Source: Desulfobacterales bacterium
GTDB taxonomy: Bacteria > Desulfobacterota > Desulfobacteria > Desulfobacterales > UBA5616
Assembly: GCA_046483495.1 (NCBI GenBank)
Contig: JAWODC010000092.1
Location: 96,001 to 160,000 of the forward strand
DNA length: 64,000 nucleotides
Direction: 5' to 3'
The notes beneath the pieces were generated by a model that searched no databases, was not told the origin of the DNA, and saw only the letters and a list, made by a program, of their open reading frames with translations. The position numbers were made by a program, and so were the translations under genes. Positions within the stretch are counted from its first letter, which is position 1. The number at the start of each line of letters is the position of its first letter. Below, one piece after another: positions 52,127 to 61,740 of this stretch.

Positions 52127-52190
52127 AACACGCTGCTATGAAAAAATGACGGCTTAAGGCACCTCGATATGAGTAAAAAGGTGAAAGCGG

Positions 52191-52412
52191 CTATCGGACG
52201 GCGGAAAGCGGGATATCCGGCAGAATCGCCTCGATTGACCGGACCATGCCGGCGGCGGTTTCTTCCACGCGGTCAAAATCCTTCTCCCTGCCGGAAAAAT
52301 GCGACCATTCCCAGAAGTGCTCTTTTCCGTCCGCTTCCTTGTAAAACACATAATTGCCTCGGGAAATCTGAATCTCCCGACCGTCGTCACATTTGATCTC
52401 TATTTTTGCCAT
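52191..52412 (-). CDS. Hypothetical protein (73 aa)
   Basis: Fills the gap between gap and the CDF gene in the same orientation; GGAG upstream. Confidence 0.55.
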   Translation of the reverse strand: MAKIEIKCDDGREIQISRGNYVFYKEADGKEHFWEWSHFSGREKDFDRVEETAAGMVRSIEAILPDIPLSAVR

Positions 52413-52486
52413 ACGAAAATGTGCTCCGTTTTTTGTTCTTCATGCCCCGGATTCCGAAGTTTTCGTCATCCCATCTTTTGTTTTTT

Positions 52487-53491
52487 TTACAATTGGCTTC
52501 CCATCATGGCGGCGAGGTCGACCATTCGGCAGGCATATCCGAATTCGTTGTCATACCATGAAAGCACTTTTACCATATCATTGATGACATCCGTGCTGGG
52601 CCCGTCCACAATCGAGGACAGCCGGTTGCCTTTGAAATCCATGGAAACCAGAGGTTGATCGCAATACCCCAGAATGGCCGGAATCTTGTTTTGTGCGGCT
52701 TCCTTGAGTGCTTCATTCACATCGGTCACGCTGATGCCGGATTTTTCCACTACGGCAACGAAATCCACGACCGAAACCGTTGGCGTGGGGACCCGAATAG
52801 CCATGCCGTTCAGCTTTCCGGTAAGCTCGGGCAGCACGAGAGAAACGGCCTTTGCCGCCCCCGTCGAGGTGGGCACAAGTGAAAGCGCCGCCGCTCTAGC
52901 CCGCCGGTAGTCTTTATGCGGAAAATCGAGGAGGCGCTGATCGCTGGTGTAAGAATGAATGGTCGTCATCAGACCGCTTTTTATCCCGAAATTTTCAAGC
53001 AGGACTTTGGCAACCGGCGCCAGGCAGTTGGTGGTGCAGGAGGCGTTTGACACGATATGGTGCTTTACCGGGTCATATTGATTGTCATTAACACCTAAAA
53101 CGATCGTGATATCCGGGTTTTTAGCCGGAGCGGAAATGATGACTTTTCGGGCTCCGGCCGTCAGATGTCCCGACGCCTTTTCGGCCTCCCGAAAGATTCC
53201 GGTGCATTCACAGACAATCGTCACACCGTGGTTCTTCCATGGAATCCGTTCCGGCTCTCTCTCATTATACAGTGCGATCGAATTTCGATCCACGCGTATC
53301 GCATTCTGGTCGGATTCCACCTCCCGGTCCAGAATGCCGTATGTTGAGTCATATTTCAGCAAATGGCCCATCATGGCGCTGTCGGAAAGGTCGTTTATCG
53401 CCACGATGTTTACCTCGGGGTGATCCAGTGCCGCCCGCATGATCATCCGCCCGATCCGGCCGAACCCGTTAATACCGACGTTTATACTCAT
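52487..53491 (-). CDS. gap: Type I glyceraldehyde-3-phosphate dehydrogenase
   Basis: GINGFGRIGR, SNASCTTNCLAP, WYDNE. Confidence 0.98.
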   Translation of the reverse strand: MSINVGINGFGRIGRMIMRAALDHPEVNIVAINDLSDSAMMGHLLKYDSTYGILDREVESDQNAIRVDRNSIALYNEREPERIPWKNHGVTIVCECTGIFREAEKASGHLTAGARKVIISAPAKNPDITIVLGVNDNQYDPVKHHIVSNASCTTNCLAPVAKVLLENFGIKSGLMTTIHSYTSDQRLLDFPHKDYRRARAAALSLVPTSTGAAKAVSLVLPELTGKLNGMAIRVPTPTVSVVDFVAVVEKSGISVTDVNEALKEAAQNKIPAILGYCDQPLVSMDFKGNRLSSIVDGPSTDVINDMVKVLSWYDNEFGYACRMVDLAAMMGSQL

Positions 53492-53962
53492 AGGTGCTCC
53501 TTTTCATTTTCTTGGCAAGCGGTATAGGAATTCACCCGAAAACCGCAGCGCCGTTCATGCAGTCCGGATTTGAGGGACAGGCATTCGATTCCAGCCGTAT
53601 CCGTCACATTTCCTTTTAGAACTACGGCAACGGGTTGTCATTTTCAATGGATCAAATCGGGTATCCATCGTGAAAAAGCTATGTATAAACCATTACAAGC
53701 GGTGGGGCTGCGGCATGGCCGTCGGCTGAAAAGATAAAACATACATGTGGACGGCCGCGGGAATGCATGAATAAGCGTATTGTTTCGATTTTGACGCTGT
53801 GACAGCATTGCAGTAAATTGCGCTATCGGAAATTATATTTTTTTATGCCGGCAATCCTGGTGGAAATTGTAAAGACCGGTGAGCGGCAATCATCGGCGGC
53901 CGAACTTCGGAAAGACAGGCACCGGGATCGAGGATTTAACCGAAAACAGACGGGAAAACGAT

Positions 53963-55330
53963 ATGCCGACAAAAAGACTAGTCGTAATCGGAGGCAATGC
54001 GGCCGGAATGGGGGCTGCCTCCCAGGCGAGGCGTCAGCAGAACGATTTGATCATAAAGGCATTCGAAAAGACGCCCTATCCGTCCTATTCACCATGAGGC
54101 ATTCCGTACCTGATCGGCCGGGTAGTCGATAATCCTGAAAAATTGATCGTCCGAACCCCCAGAGTTTTCAGGGAAAAACAAAATATTGAAACCTACGTAT
54201 CCCATGAGGTCCGGGAAATCGATATCGAGCGTCAGCGAATCCGCGTCCAGCGCAAGGAGGATGGAAAAACCTGGTGGGAGCCTTACGATCACCTGATGAT
54301 CGCAACGGGGTCCGTTCCCATACGCATTCCGGTGCAAGGATCGGATTCAGAAGGCATTTTCGGCGTCAACACCTATGAAAGCGGAATTAAGCTGAATCGG
54401 TTCCTGGATGACGCGTCGGCTAAGAACGCCGTGGTGATCGGCGGCGGTTATATCGGACTGGAAATGGCCGAGAATCTGATCAAAAGGGGACTGAGCGTTT
54501 CATTGGTCGAATTGAACAAAGAGGTGATGTCAACGCTGGATCCGGACATGGGAAAACTCGTATCCGATGCGCTGATCGAGATCGGTGTGAAACTTTTTCG
54601 GGAGGAACGGTTCGAGGGTTTTGAAACGGACAACGGGCGCGTCAGGGCGGTGGTCACCGATAAACGGACATTGCCCGCCGATGTTGTTGTACTGGGTATG
54701 GGGGTTCGGCCGAATACGGAACTCGCCCAAAAGGCCGGTATCCCCATCGGTCCGTCAAAGGGGATCAGGGTGAATCCGCTCCTGCAGACGGACGTGGAAA
54801 ACGTATGGGCGGGAGGGGATTGCGCGGAGTCCATTCACCTGGTCAGCGGCAAACCTGTTCATATCCCCCTTGGGACGGTGGCGAACAAACATGGCCGGGT
54901 GGCGGGGATCAACATCGGCGGCGGGTATGCCACCTTTCCCGGCGTAGTCGGGACGGCTATGAGCAAAATATGTGCGGTCGAGGTCGCCCGAACGGGTCTT
55001 GGAGAAAAAGAGGTGCAACGTATCGGGCTGCACTATATCACCTCGGTTACACGGACCAGGACACGTGCGGGTTACTACCCGAATGCGGATTCTATTTCAG
55101 TAAAATTGATTGCCGAAAAAAACACCGGCAGATTACTCGGTGCCCAAATCGTCGGCAGAGAAGGGGCTGCCAAACGAATCGATATTCTGGCAACCGCCCT
55201 GCATCGAAGAATGAACCTCCAGGAAATTATGGATTTGGACCTGAGTTATGCGCCTCCGTATTCACCTGTTTGGGACCCGGTGGCATTGGCGGCACGGGTG
55301 GCCTTGAAAAAACTTCAGCCCGATACATAA
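53963..55330 (+). CDS. cdr: CoA-disulfide reductase/NADH oxidase family selenoprotein (Sec45)
   Basis: ORFs 53879-54097 and 54143-55330 share a frame, separated by one TGA (54095) in SYSP-U-GIPY, the catalytic Cys position (SFxxCGxPY); GGNAAG FAD motif; GGGYIGLE; DLSYAPP. Confidence 0.88.
54107..54124 (+). promoter_or_regulatory. Candidate bacterial SECIS hairpin
   Basis: TACCTG-ATCGGC-CGGGTA stem-loop starting 10 nt after the UGA, with G in the loop. Confidence 0.5.
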
Positions 55331-55413
55331 GGCAACCCGCACCGAGCACCGAAGCGGGGTCCGGAAATCATCGCGCTTTTGGAAATATCCCCGAAAGCTG
55401 AGGGAGGGTATGG

Positions 55414-56022
55414 ATGAGAATATGTTGGGCTATTGCCGCCGTCCTGATCGTAACGGCCCTTGCGGGTACGGCATATATCTGGTCGGGAGCATACAATATA
55501 TCGGCAAACGTGCCTCATTACCGGGTCACCTTTCGGCTGATGGAAGCACTCAAGAATCGATCCGTAAAATATCATGCCTCGGATATTCCGAATGTGCTGT
55601 TCGCCGGTCCGCTCGACGGTGCGCATAATGCCGCAATCACTTATTATCACGACATGTGCCGTCGGTGCCATGGCGGTCCCGGTATATTGCGGGATACCTA
55701 TGCCTTTGGACTGAATCCTGTTCCGCCGGACTTGACCACGGGAGAAGAACAAAAGCGATGGACGGATATTCAGCTCTTCTGGATCGTGGTCAACGGAATT
55801 AAATTGACCGGTATGCCGTCGTTCGGAGAAACGCATACCGAAGCTGAAATCTGCGATATCATCAATTTTCTCAACAGGCTGCCGCAGATGAGCGCCGCAG
55901 AATACCTGGCTCTTTCGGGAGCGTTGGAAAAAGAAAAACCCGAACCCCGCGATCACCATGAATTCAGGCCGTTTCCACTGGAGCCGGAAATCGGCAGAAG
56001 TATCGATTACTTTATTCTATAG
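55414..56022 (+). CDS. Membrane-anchored monoheme cytochrome c
   Basis: N-terminal TM helix, SGAYNISA, CRRCHG.PG, P.PPDL, NGIKLTGMPSF. Confidence 0.9.
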   Translation: MRICWAIAAVLIVTALAGTAYIWSGAYNISANVPHYRVTFRLMEALKNRSVKYHASDIPNVLFAGPLDGAHNAAITYYHDMCRRCHGGPGILRDTYAFGLNPVPPDLTTGEEQKRWTDIQLFWIVVNGIKLTGMPSFGETHTEAEICDIINFLNRLPQMSAAEYLALSGALEKEKPEPRDHHEFRPFPLEPEIGRSIDYFIL

Positions 56023-56174
56023 AGAAGGAGAGCCGGCTGTCGAGGCTGTTGCAGACTCCCCGCCGATACGTTAAAATGGCAATACGAAAAGACAAGCCAT
56101 TGTTTTGATTGATAGAGCTATTCGGCAAAATAATGATTCACGGGTGAAGACAAAAAGCAAGGAGAAGAGAAGCT

Positions 56175-57083
56175 ATGAAGGAACAGGCATTCGATGTCAT
56201 CATATTGGGAGCCGGACCGGCGGGATTTCAGGCGGCGCTGCATGCGGTGCGCAGGAAAGCATCGGTTCTTCTGCTTGGCAAGGCCGCAAAAAGCAGCGCC
56301 CACGGTTCTCATATCGAAAATTTTTGCTGCATCCACGGCACGTCCGGTACCGAAATGCTGAAGCTCGCGAGTGAGCAGGCCCGGAAGGCGGGAGCCGTCG
56401 TTTCGGATGAGGATGTCATCGATGTGGAAACCGTCGACGGACGATATGCCGTTTATGGAGAACGCGGCGGAAAATATACGGCCGCGGCAATCGTTCTGGC
56501 GATGGGCATTTCACGCAACAGCTTGAAACTTCCCGGAGAAAAGAAGCTGATCGGCCGCGGTATCAGCTACTGTGTCGATTGCGATGGGCCGCTGTTTAAA
56601 AACGAGCCGGTGGCGGTTGTCGGATGCGAAAGTGCAGCAGGGAGCGGCGCGTTGACTTTGATGTTTTTCACTCCTGAAGTGCACCTGATCTGCGAGGCGC
56701 TTCACATGGATGACTATTTGGCGGAGAAAATCAAAAGCAGCGATATCCGGTTGCACGAAGGCCGAAAAGTGACGCATATCACCGGTGAAACGGAACTCGC
56801 CGGGATCGCATTGGATGATGGGACAAAATTGGACATCAAAGGAATGTTCATCGAACTCGGGGCAAAGGGCGCCGTCGGATTGGCCGGAAAGCTGGGCGTC
56901 AGGATGGATGAAGAAAATATGAAGTATGTAGCCGTCACGAGAAAGCAGGAAACGAATCTTCCCGGCGTATATGCCGCCGGTGATATATGCGGGCCGCCAT
57001 GGCAGGTAGCCAAAGCTGTAGGGGAGGGGTGCGTTGCCGGGCTTGAAGCGGCGGCGTATGCACGAAAGCCTAAATCCGGATAA
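56175..57083 (+). CDS. Thioredoxin-reductase-like FAD/NAD(P) oxidoreductase
   Basis: GAGPAG, GISYCVDCDG, TNLPGVYAAGD, AVGEG. Confidence 0.92.
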   Translation: MKEQAFDVIILGAGPAGFQAALHAVRRKASVLLLGKAAKSSAHGSHIENFCCIHGTSGTEMLKLASEQARKAGAVVSDEDVIDVETVDGRYAVYGERGGKYTAAAIVLAMGISRNSLKLPGEKKLIGRGISYCVDCDGPLFKNEPVAVVGCESAAGSGALTLMFFTPEVHLICEALHMDDYLAEKIKSSDIRLHEGRKVTHITGETELAGIALDDGTKLDIKGMFIELGAKGAVGLAGKLGVRMDEENMKYVAVTRKQETNLPGVYAAGDICGPPWQVAKAVGEGCVAGLEAAAYARKPKSG

Positions 57084-57218
57084 ACGGAACAGGCGAAGGA
57101 ATCAAGTTTGGTCAAAAAGTGGACATAAACGCATGGCAAGCAGATGGATTTTTCCGGTTTTTCAAACGATATATGAAAAAAACCGGCTTGCATCGAAATA
57201 CGATGGGGTATTTGGCGT

Positions 57219-57620
57219 ATGAGAGAATCACTCGAAGGGGCGGTCAGACTGGGGCGCCGCATGGGACATATCTTTGTGGCGACGGCCGATGCCCGTGGCG
57301 TTCCACACATGGCCTCCTCTGCAAATATCAGAATTGAAGGGGAAGGACTTATCGGCATTTCCGAATGGTTTTGCCCTGTAACGCTTTCAAATGTGAGGGT
57401 AAATCCCAAAATCGCCCTGCTGGCATGGGACCCCGAGACCGATATAGGGTATCAGATGATCGGCACTTGCCGGGAAGTGCAGGAAACATCCATGATGAAC
57501 GGTTTTTCAGAAGAATTGGATGAAGAGCAGCCGATTCCCCAGGCGGAAAACACGCTCCTCGTCTCCATAGAAAAAATCATTCAGTTCAGCCATGCGCCTC
57601 ACAGTGATGCGGGAACATGA
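57219..57620 (+). CDS. Pyridoxamine 5'-phosphate oxidase-like FMN-binding protein
   Basis: FVATAD..G.PH, EWFCP.T..N...NP.IAL..WD..GYQ. Confidence 0.85.
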   Translation: MRESLEGAVRLGRRMGHIFVATADARGVPHMASSANIRIEGEGLIGISEWFCPVTLSNVRVNPKIALLAWDPETDIGYQMIGTCREVQETSMMNGFSEELDEEQPIPQAENTLLVSIEKIIQFSHAPHSDAGT

Positions 57621-57704
57621 TAACCCGCTTCCAATGGATGTTGTATCCTGTGGTTCAATTCCCTCCCTGGGTCGAGTGATTTTGCCGCGCTATAACGCAG
57701 ATAT

Positions 57705-58490
57705 TCAGGATTTCTGGCACGCGGGGCAATAGTAGGCGGACCTGCCTGAAATTTTTATACGATGAACCTTACCATTGCATCCGGGGCAGTCGGCATCTTC
57801 CTTCCGATGGGAAATCAGAAATTTTTCAGGCATTTTTTCCGGATCGGCACGGCGCTCGATCGCCGTTTCCAGAACCGATTTCATGGACTCGTACAGCTTT
57901 CGGGATTCTTTTTTATCGAGGCCGTTTGTTTCCTTTTGGGGGTGTATCCGTGCCTGAAAGCAAACCTCGTCCGAATACACATTTCCAATTCCGCACAACG
58001 TATTCTGCTTCATTAAAAACGATTTGACCCCTGAGCGGTTTTCGGCCAACATTTTTTGAAAAGCATCGTATGTCACGTCCAGTGCATCGACACCCAGTTT
58101 CTTTTTTTTCACGAACGTGTCGATGTCTTTTGTCCACCCGATTTTCCCCAATTTCCGGGTACAGTCATAGGCCAGGTGGTTTTCGCCGTCAAAATCAATC
58201 AGCAGCCGTACGTGCTTGGGCATGCCGTCTTCCGCTTGAACAAACGTGACAAACCCGGTCATGCCGAAATGAAGGGTCATCCACTCCCCTTTTTTCAACC
58301 GCGCCAGGGCATATTTCCCATAGCGGGCGGTTTCCTCGAATGCGTTGCCCTTCAATTCGGATTGAATTTTGGTTTTGGAAACGGACTCGAGAATTCCCGC
58401 ATCGAGTACTCGGCACCGTTCGATGGTCCTGTTAAGGGAGGTGTCGTCGATGATTCGTCTGAAGATCTCAACGTCCGGCAGTTCAGGCAT
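57705..58490 (-). CDS. mutM: Fpg/Nei family DNA glycosylase
   Basis: MPELPDV, RYGKY, HFGMTG, GIGNVYSDE, CPGC...CPAC zinc finger. Confidence 0.92.
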   Translation of the reverse strand: MPELPDVEIFRRIIDDTSLNRTIERCRVLDAGILESVSKTKIQSELKGNAFEETARYGKYALARLKKGEWMTLHFGMTGFVTFVQAEDGMPKHVRLLIDFDGENHLAYDCTRKLGKIGWTKDIDTFVKKKKLGVDALDVTYDAFQKMLAENRSGVKSFLMKQNTLCGIGNVYSDEVCFQARIHPQKETNGLDKKESRKLYESMKSVLETAIERRADPEKMPEKFLISHRKEDADCPGCNGKVHRIKISGRSAYYCPACQKS

Positions 58491-58597
58491 TTTTACTTCC
58501 TTTCGTCACCATCAGTTCGTGGGCTTCGTTTTCGGCTTTTGTATCGCCGATAGAGAAGTTCTGCCCGTAGTCGGCGCCGGGAAATACATTTCCCGTT

Positions 58598-59095
58598 TTA
58601 CCCTTTTTCGGACAGCATCTGTTTCAGTTTTTGCTCATCGGTGTGGGCCAAGGATGCTTTCATGACCTTTCCATCGAATTTTTCGAGCTCCCCGAGAATG
58701 TCTGATGCATGTTCGCCGTGAAAAATGAGAAACAGCGCCGATGTGCCGGGCCGAAGCTCGTCGGCCAGCCTGCGCATGAATCCCTCATCCAGGCCGATGT
58801 CCTCGGTCGCCCCGACAGCCGCTCCTGCTATGCCGCCGACGATTCCCCCGAACAATGCGAGCAGCGGATTGATAATGATCAAACCGGCCAGAAAACCCAA
58901 AAACCCGCCACTCAAAGCGCCGGGGAAGGTGAACTGATGCGAATGATGAAAATGAACGCGGTGTTTATTGTCGATTTCCACAATAACGGATTCCTCGAGG
59001 TCGACCCCTTTTTCTTCCATGACCCGGTTGATATGCTTTCGAATGTTTTCTGCTCTTTCCAAGGATTGCGACGTCTTGATGATAAGATCGGGCAT
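58598..59095 (-). CDS. DUF1269 family membrane protein
   Basis: GALSGGFLG.LAGLI..NP, DIGLDEGF...LADELRPGTSALF. Confidence 0.85.
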   Translation of the reverse strand: MPDLIIKTSQSLERAENIRKHINRVMEEKGVDLEESVIVEIDNKHRVHFHHSHQFTFPGALSGGFLGFLAGLIIINPLLALFGGIVGGIAGAAVGATEDIGLDEGFMRRLADELRPGTSALFLIFHGEHASDILGELEKFDGKVMKASLAHTDEQKLKQMLSEKG

Positions 59096-59190
59096 ACTTC
59101 ACCTGTTTTTTTTCGCTTCAGATTCAACTTGAGAACCAATGATAATTATTTCTTTAAAATACTTCGTATCTGTACTCGAAGCATTTGGAA

Positions 59191-59208
59191 ATGGGGTGAA
59201 TACGTTAT
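59191..59208 (-). promoter_or_regulatory. Dyad box for DUF1269-fpg
   Basis: ATGGGGTGAATACGTTAT; TACGAA on the minus strand at 59168, 22 nt away. Confidence 0.45.
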
Positions 59209-59473
59209 TTTGAAAGCGGCCGGCATGTAAATCACGGTGAGAAGACCGGTTGACGCGTTTCGCTGTGCTTTACCCATCATGGGATGCCTGTTTTTAAATC
59301 GCGATCAGGTTCGATGGCGACACCTATGTCGACACCGATATCGATATTGAAACGTCAAAGCGCCGATGGTTCGACGTTCACTGATTCAAAGGATTTCAAA
59401 AAAGCGAAAACCTTGCTCTCAGCCGCAAAATGTTTCTGAATGGACACCGAAATAATCGGAGTTCGACCACGCC

Positions 59474-59491
59474 TTACATGGTTTCCCCCAT
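59474..59491 (+). promoter_or_regulatory. Dyad box for the cytochrome P460-family gene
   Basis: TTACATGGTTTCCCCCAT; TAATAA(T) at 59514, 22 nt away. Confidence 0.55.
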
Positions 59492-59768
59492 TGTCCGTTT
59501 TCAACATCGCAGGTAATAATTACAGCAAGATGTTCGGGACCGGACCGATGACGTTTTTTGCCCGGCGGCATTGGGGAAAAGAAATGACGGAAAGAAACCC
59601 AACGTAATGCATTACGGTGAGGAGGTGATTCGAAACCCGGATGGGAAAACGGCAGACAAGCTTTAATGATATGCAGGTGCAGCGGTCATCCGCCAATGGT
59701 TTACTTCGAGCGGTCGCCGCGATTTCCAAGCGTCACCAACCCAAAACTCGAAAGGGAGGAATTTTATC

Positions 59769-60338
59769 ATGAAAACGACATTAATGGGTCTGATTGGCGG
59801 CCTTGCAGTGATTTTTTTGGTGACCATTGCAGTGCACTTCGATGGTCCGGCCATATCCGCAGAAAACTACCCCGCTCCGGATGCTCAGGAAGTTTGGGAA
59901 TACATGCAGGAGAAAAATTACACGGAGTGGCAGTCCATACCGGGTTATCCGGGCATTTTCGGGAAAACAAATGCGGAGAGCCCTCACGGCGCTTTCTTGA
60001 AGCTGCATCTCAATGATGTCGCAATATTTTCCCTGCAGAAAGATTTTGAGGAAATGATCCACCGTTCCATGTTTGTCATGGAGAATTTCTCGAAAGATGA
60101 TGATGAAACCCCGGAGTTCGTCACGGTACAATATAAATACGAAGGGTACAGCCCGGATGGCGGAGACTGGTTTTGGGCACAATATGAACCCGATGGCACG
60201 GTGATCAATGCCGGAAAAGTAGAAAGCTGCATCCAATGCCATTCCCAGACCGATTACAAAGACTATCTGCTTGTCGTGCCGGACCAGAAAATCTGGGAAC
60301 CGAGTCCTCCTGTCGGCGCTACGGGCGGCGGCCTGTAA
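59769..60338 (+). CDS. Cytochrome P460/c'-beta family protein
   Basis: Signal peptide, SPHG, FVMEN, YK..GY.P.GGDWFWA.Y, C-terminal CIQCH. Confidence 0.85.
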   Translation: MKTTLMGLIGGLAVIFLVTIAVHFDGPAISAENYPAPDAQEVWEYMQEKNYTEWQSIPGYPGIFGKTNAESPHGAFLKLHLNDVAIFSLQKDFEEMIHRSMFVMENFSKDDDETPEFVTVQYKYEGYSPDGGDWFWAQYEPDGTVINAGKVESCIQCHSQTDYKDYLLVVPDQKIWEPSPPVGATGGGL

Positions 60339-60518
60339 AAGGCATATATAACGCGAACACGGCATTCTCGAATACATCGGAACGCCGGACTGAAGGGGCG
60401 CCTTTTATTCCGGCACGCCTGCAGGTGACCGAAAATAGGGATGCGGCGACTGCATGGACGCCGAACGTGCACGGCACAGCGGAAAGGAAAACCGGATGCT
60501 CAAAAAGGAATGAATGAA

Positions 60519-61262
60519 ATGAAAGCGGATATCGGTGCAAAAACAGGTGACGCACTGCTGATTATCGATGTTCAAGTTGATTTCTGCCCGGGTGGAGCGC
60601 TGGCGATTCAAGAAGGGGACCAGGTGGTGCCGGTCATCAATGAGTGGATTCAAACGGCTCTGGAAAGGCGTGTACCCATATGTGCATCCCGCGACTGGCA
60701 CCCCGGGCAGCACATCAGCTTTCAGGACGAGGGTGGAAACCGTCCCCCGCACTGTTTGCAGGACAGCAAGGGCGCATTTTTTCATGAAGATTTGGCCCTT
60801 ACCGACCAGACCGTGATCATTACAAAGGGCGTTCGGTTCGACAAAGATCAACATTCGGTCTTCGACGAAACCGGTTTCGATGCTTTTCTGAAGCGGCAAG
60901 GCATCGAGCGGCTGCTTATATGCGGCCTCGCCTTGGATGAATGCGTCCTTGCTACGGCCATGGATGCCCGGAAGCTTGGGTTTGGGGTCCATCTCATCCT
61001 GGACGGAACCCGTCCCGTGGATTATCACAACGGGTTTGAGGCGGTGGAAAAAATGAAATCCGCAGGAGTCGTCATGCACGGATCCTTTCATGCCCCAAAG
61101 CCGGAAGAAAAGGGGTATGGATCTACGGAAACGGCCTTGGACATATCCGAGGAAATCCCCGTCTGTACAAAGGCGCCCGAATGGGCGGAGCATGAGCGGT
61201 TGGAGGATGATGATCAACCTTGCGATGACGGGCGCACCGGCAAACTTGACAGGGACGGGTAG
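60519..61262 (+). CDS. pncA: Nicotinamidase/isochorismatase with acidic C-terminal extension
   Basis: IDVQ.DFCPGGAL, SRDWHP..H.SF, PPHC, ITKG, GLALDECV. Confidence 0.88.
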   Translation: MKADIGAKTGDALLIIDVQVDFCPGGALAIQEGDQVVPVINEWIQTALERRVPICASRDWHPGQHISFQDEGGNRPPHCLQDSKGAFFHEDLALTDQTVIITKGVRFDKDQHSVFDETGFDAFLKRQGIERLLICGLALDECVLATAMDARKLGFGVHLILDGTRPVDYHNGFEAVEKMKSAGVVMHGSFHAPKPEEKGYGSTETALDISEEIPVCTKAPEWAEHERLEDDDQPCDDGRTGKLDRDG

Positions 61263-61740
61263 CGGTTCATCATGTGGACCGGGGCAGAAGACGACCGGCG
61301 AGATTCTTATCCGGTGCTCTATTACCTCCCAATTGCGGCCTGATGGCGAAATACCTGAAATGCTCGCCGGATCGAAAAGAGGCCGCACCGGGCACAGCTT
61401 TGCGTCGCTAAAGTGTTTGGGGGTCACCGTAAATTCCAATAACCCGATTCGGCCGAAGGTAAGCCGGCCCGTCGGGTTAACCTATTCCATATCGGAATCC
61501 TCCGAAGCTTGGTCGATATCCTTCCAAGAATCATCCTTCCAGTCGGCTTTTCGGCTCGAGCCTGTATGGTTCGATCGAGCCGATGCATAAAAGATCGCTT
61601 TACCCGGGAACGAATAGCCGTTAAAATTAAGAGTTATTCAAATTTCAACGTTGATGTCGAAAGGCGGAACGTTTTGGCCCATCCGCCGGCGTTGGATGCT
61701 GTCTGAGCTGAATGGGCTCTAACCGGAGCGCATTAAGGGG

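Noticed and set aside
54095..54097. Nonsense mutation making cdr a pseudogene
   Set aside because: The stop is TGA exactly at the catalytic Cys, with a downstream hairpin and no other lesion; selenocysteine is more parsimonious
57203..57220. ATGGGGTATTTGGCGTAT dyad-like match
   Set aside because: Overlaps the RBS and ATG of the PNPOx-like gene, which can explain the match; not in activator position
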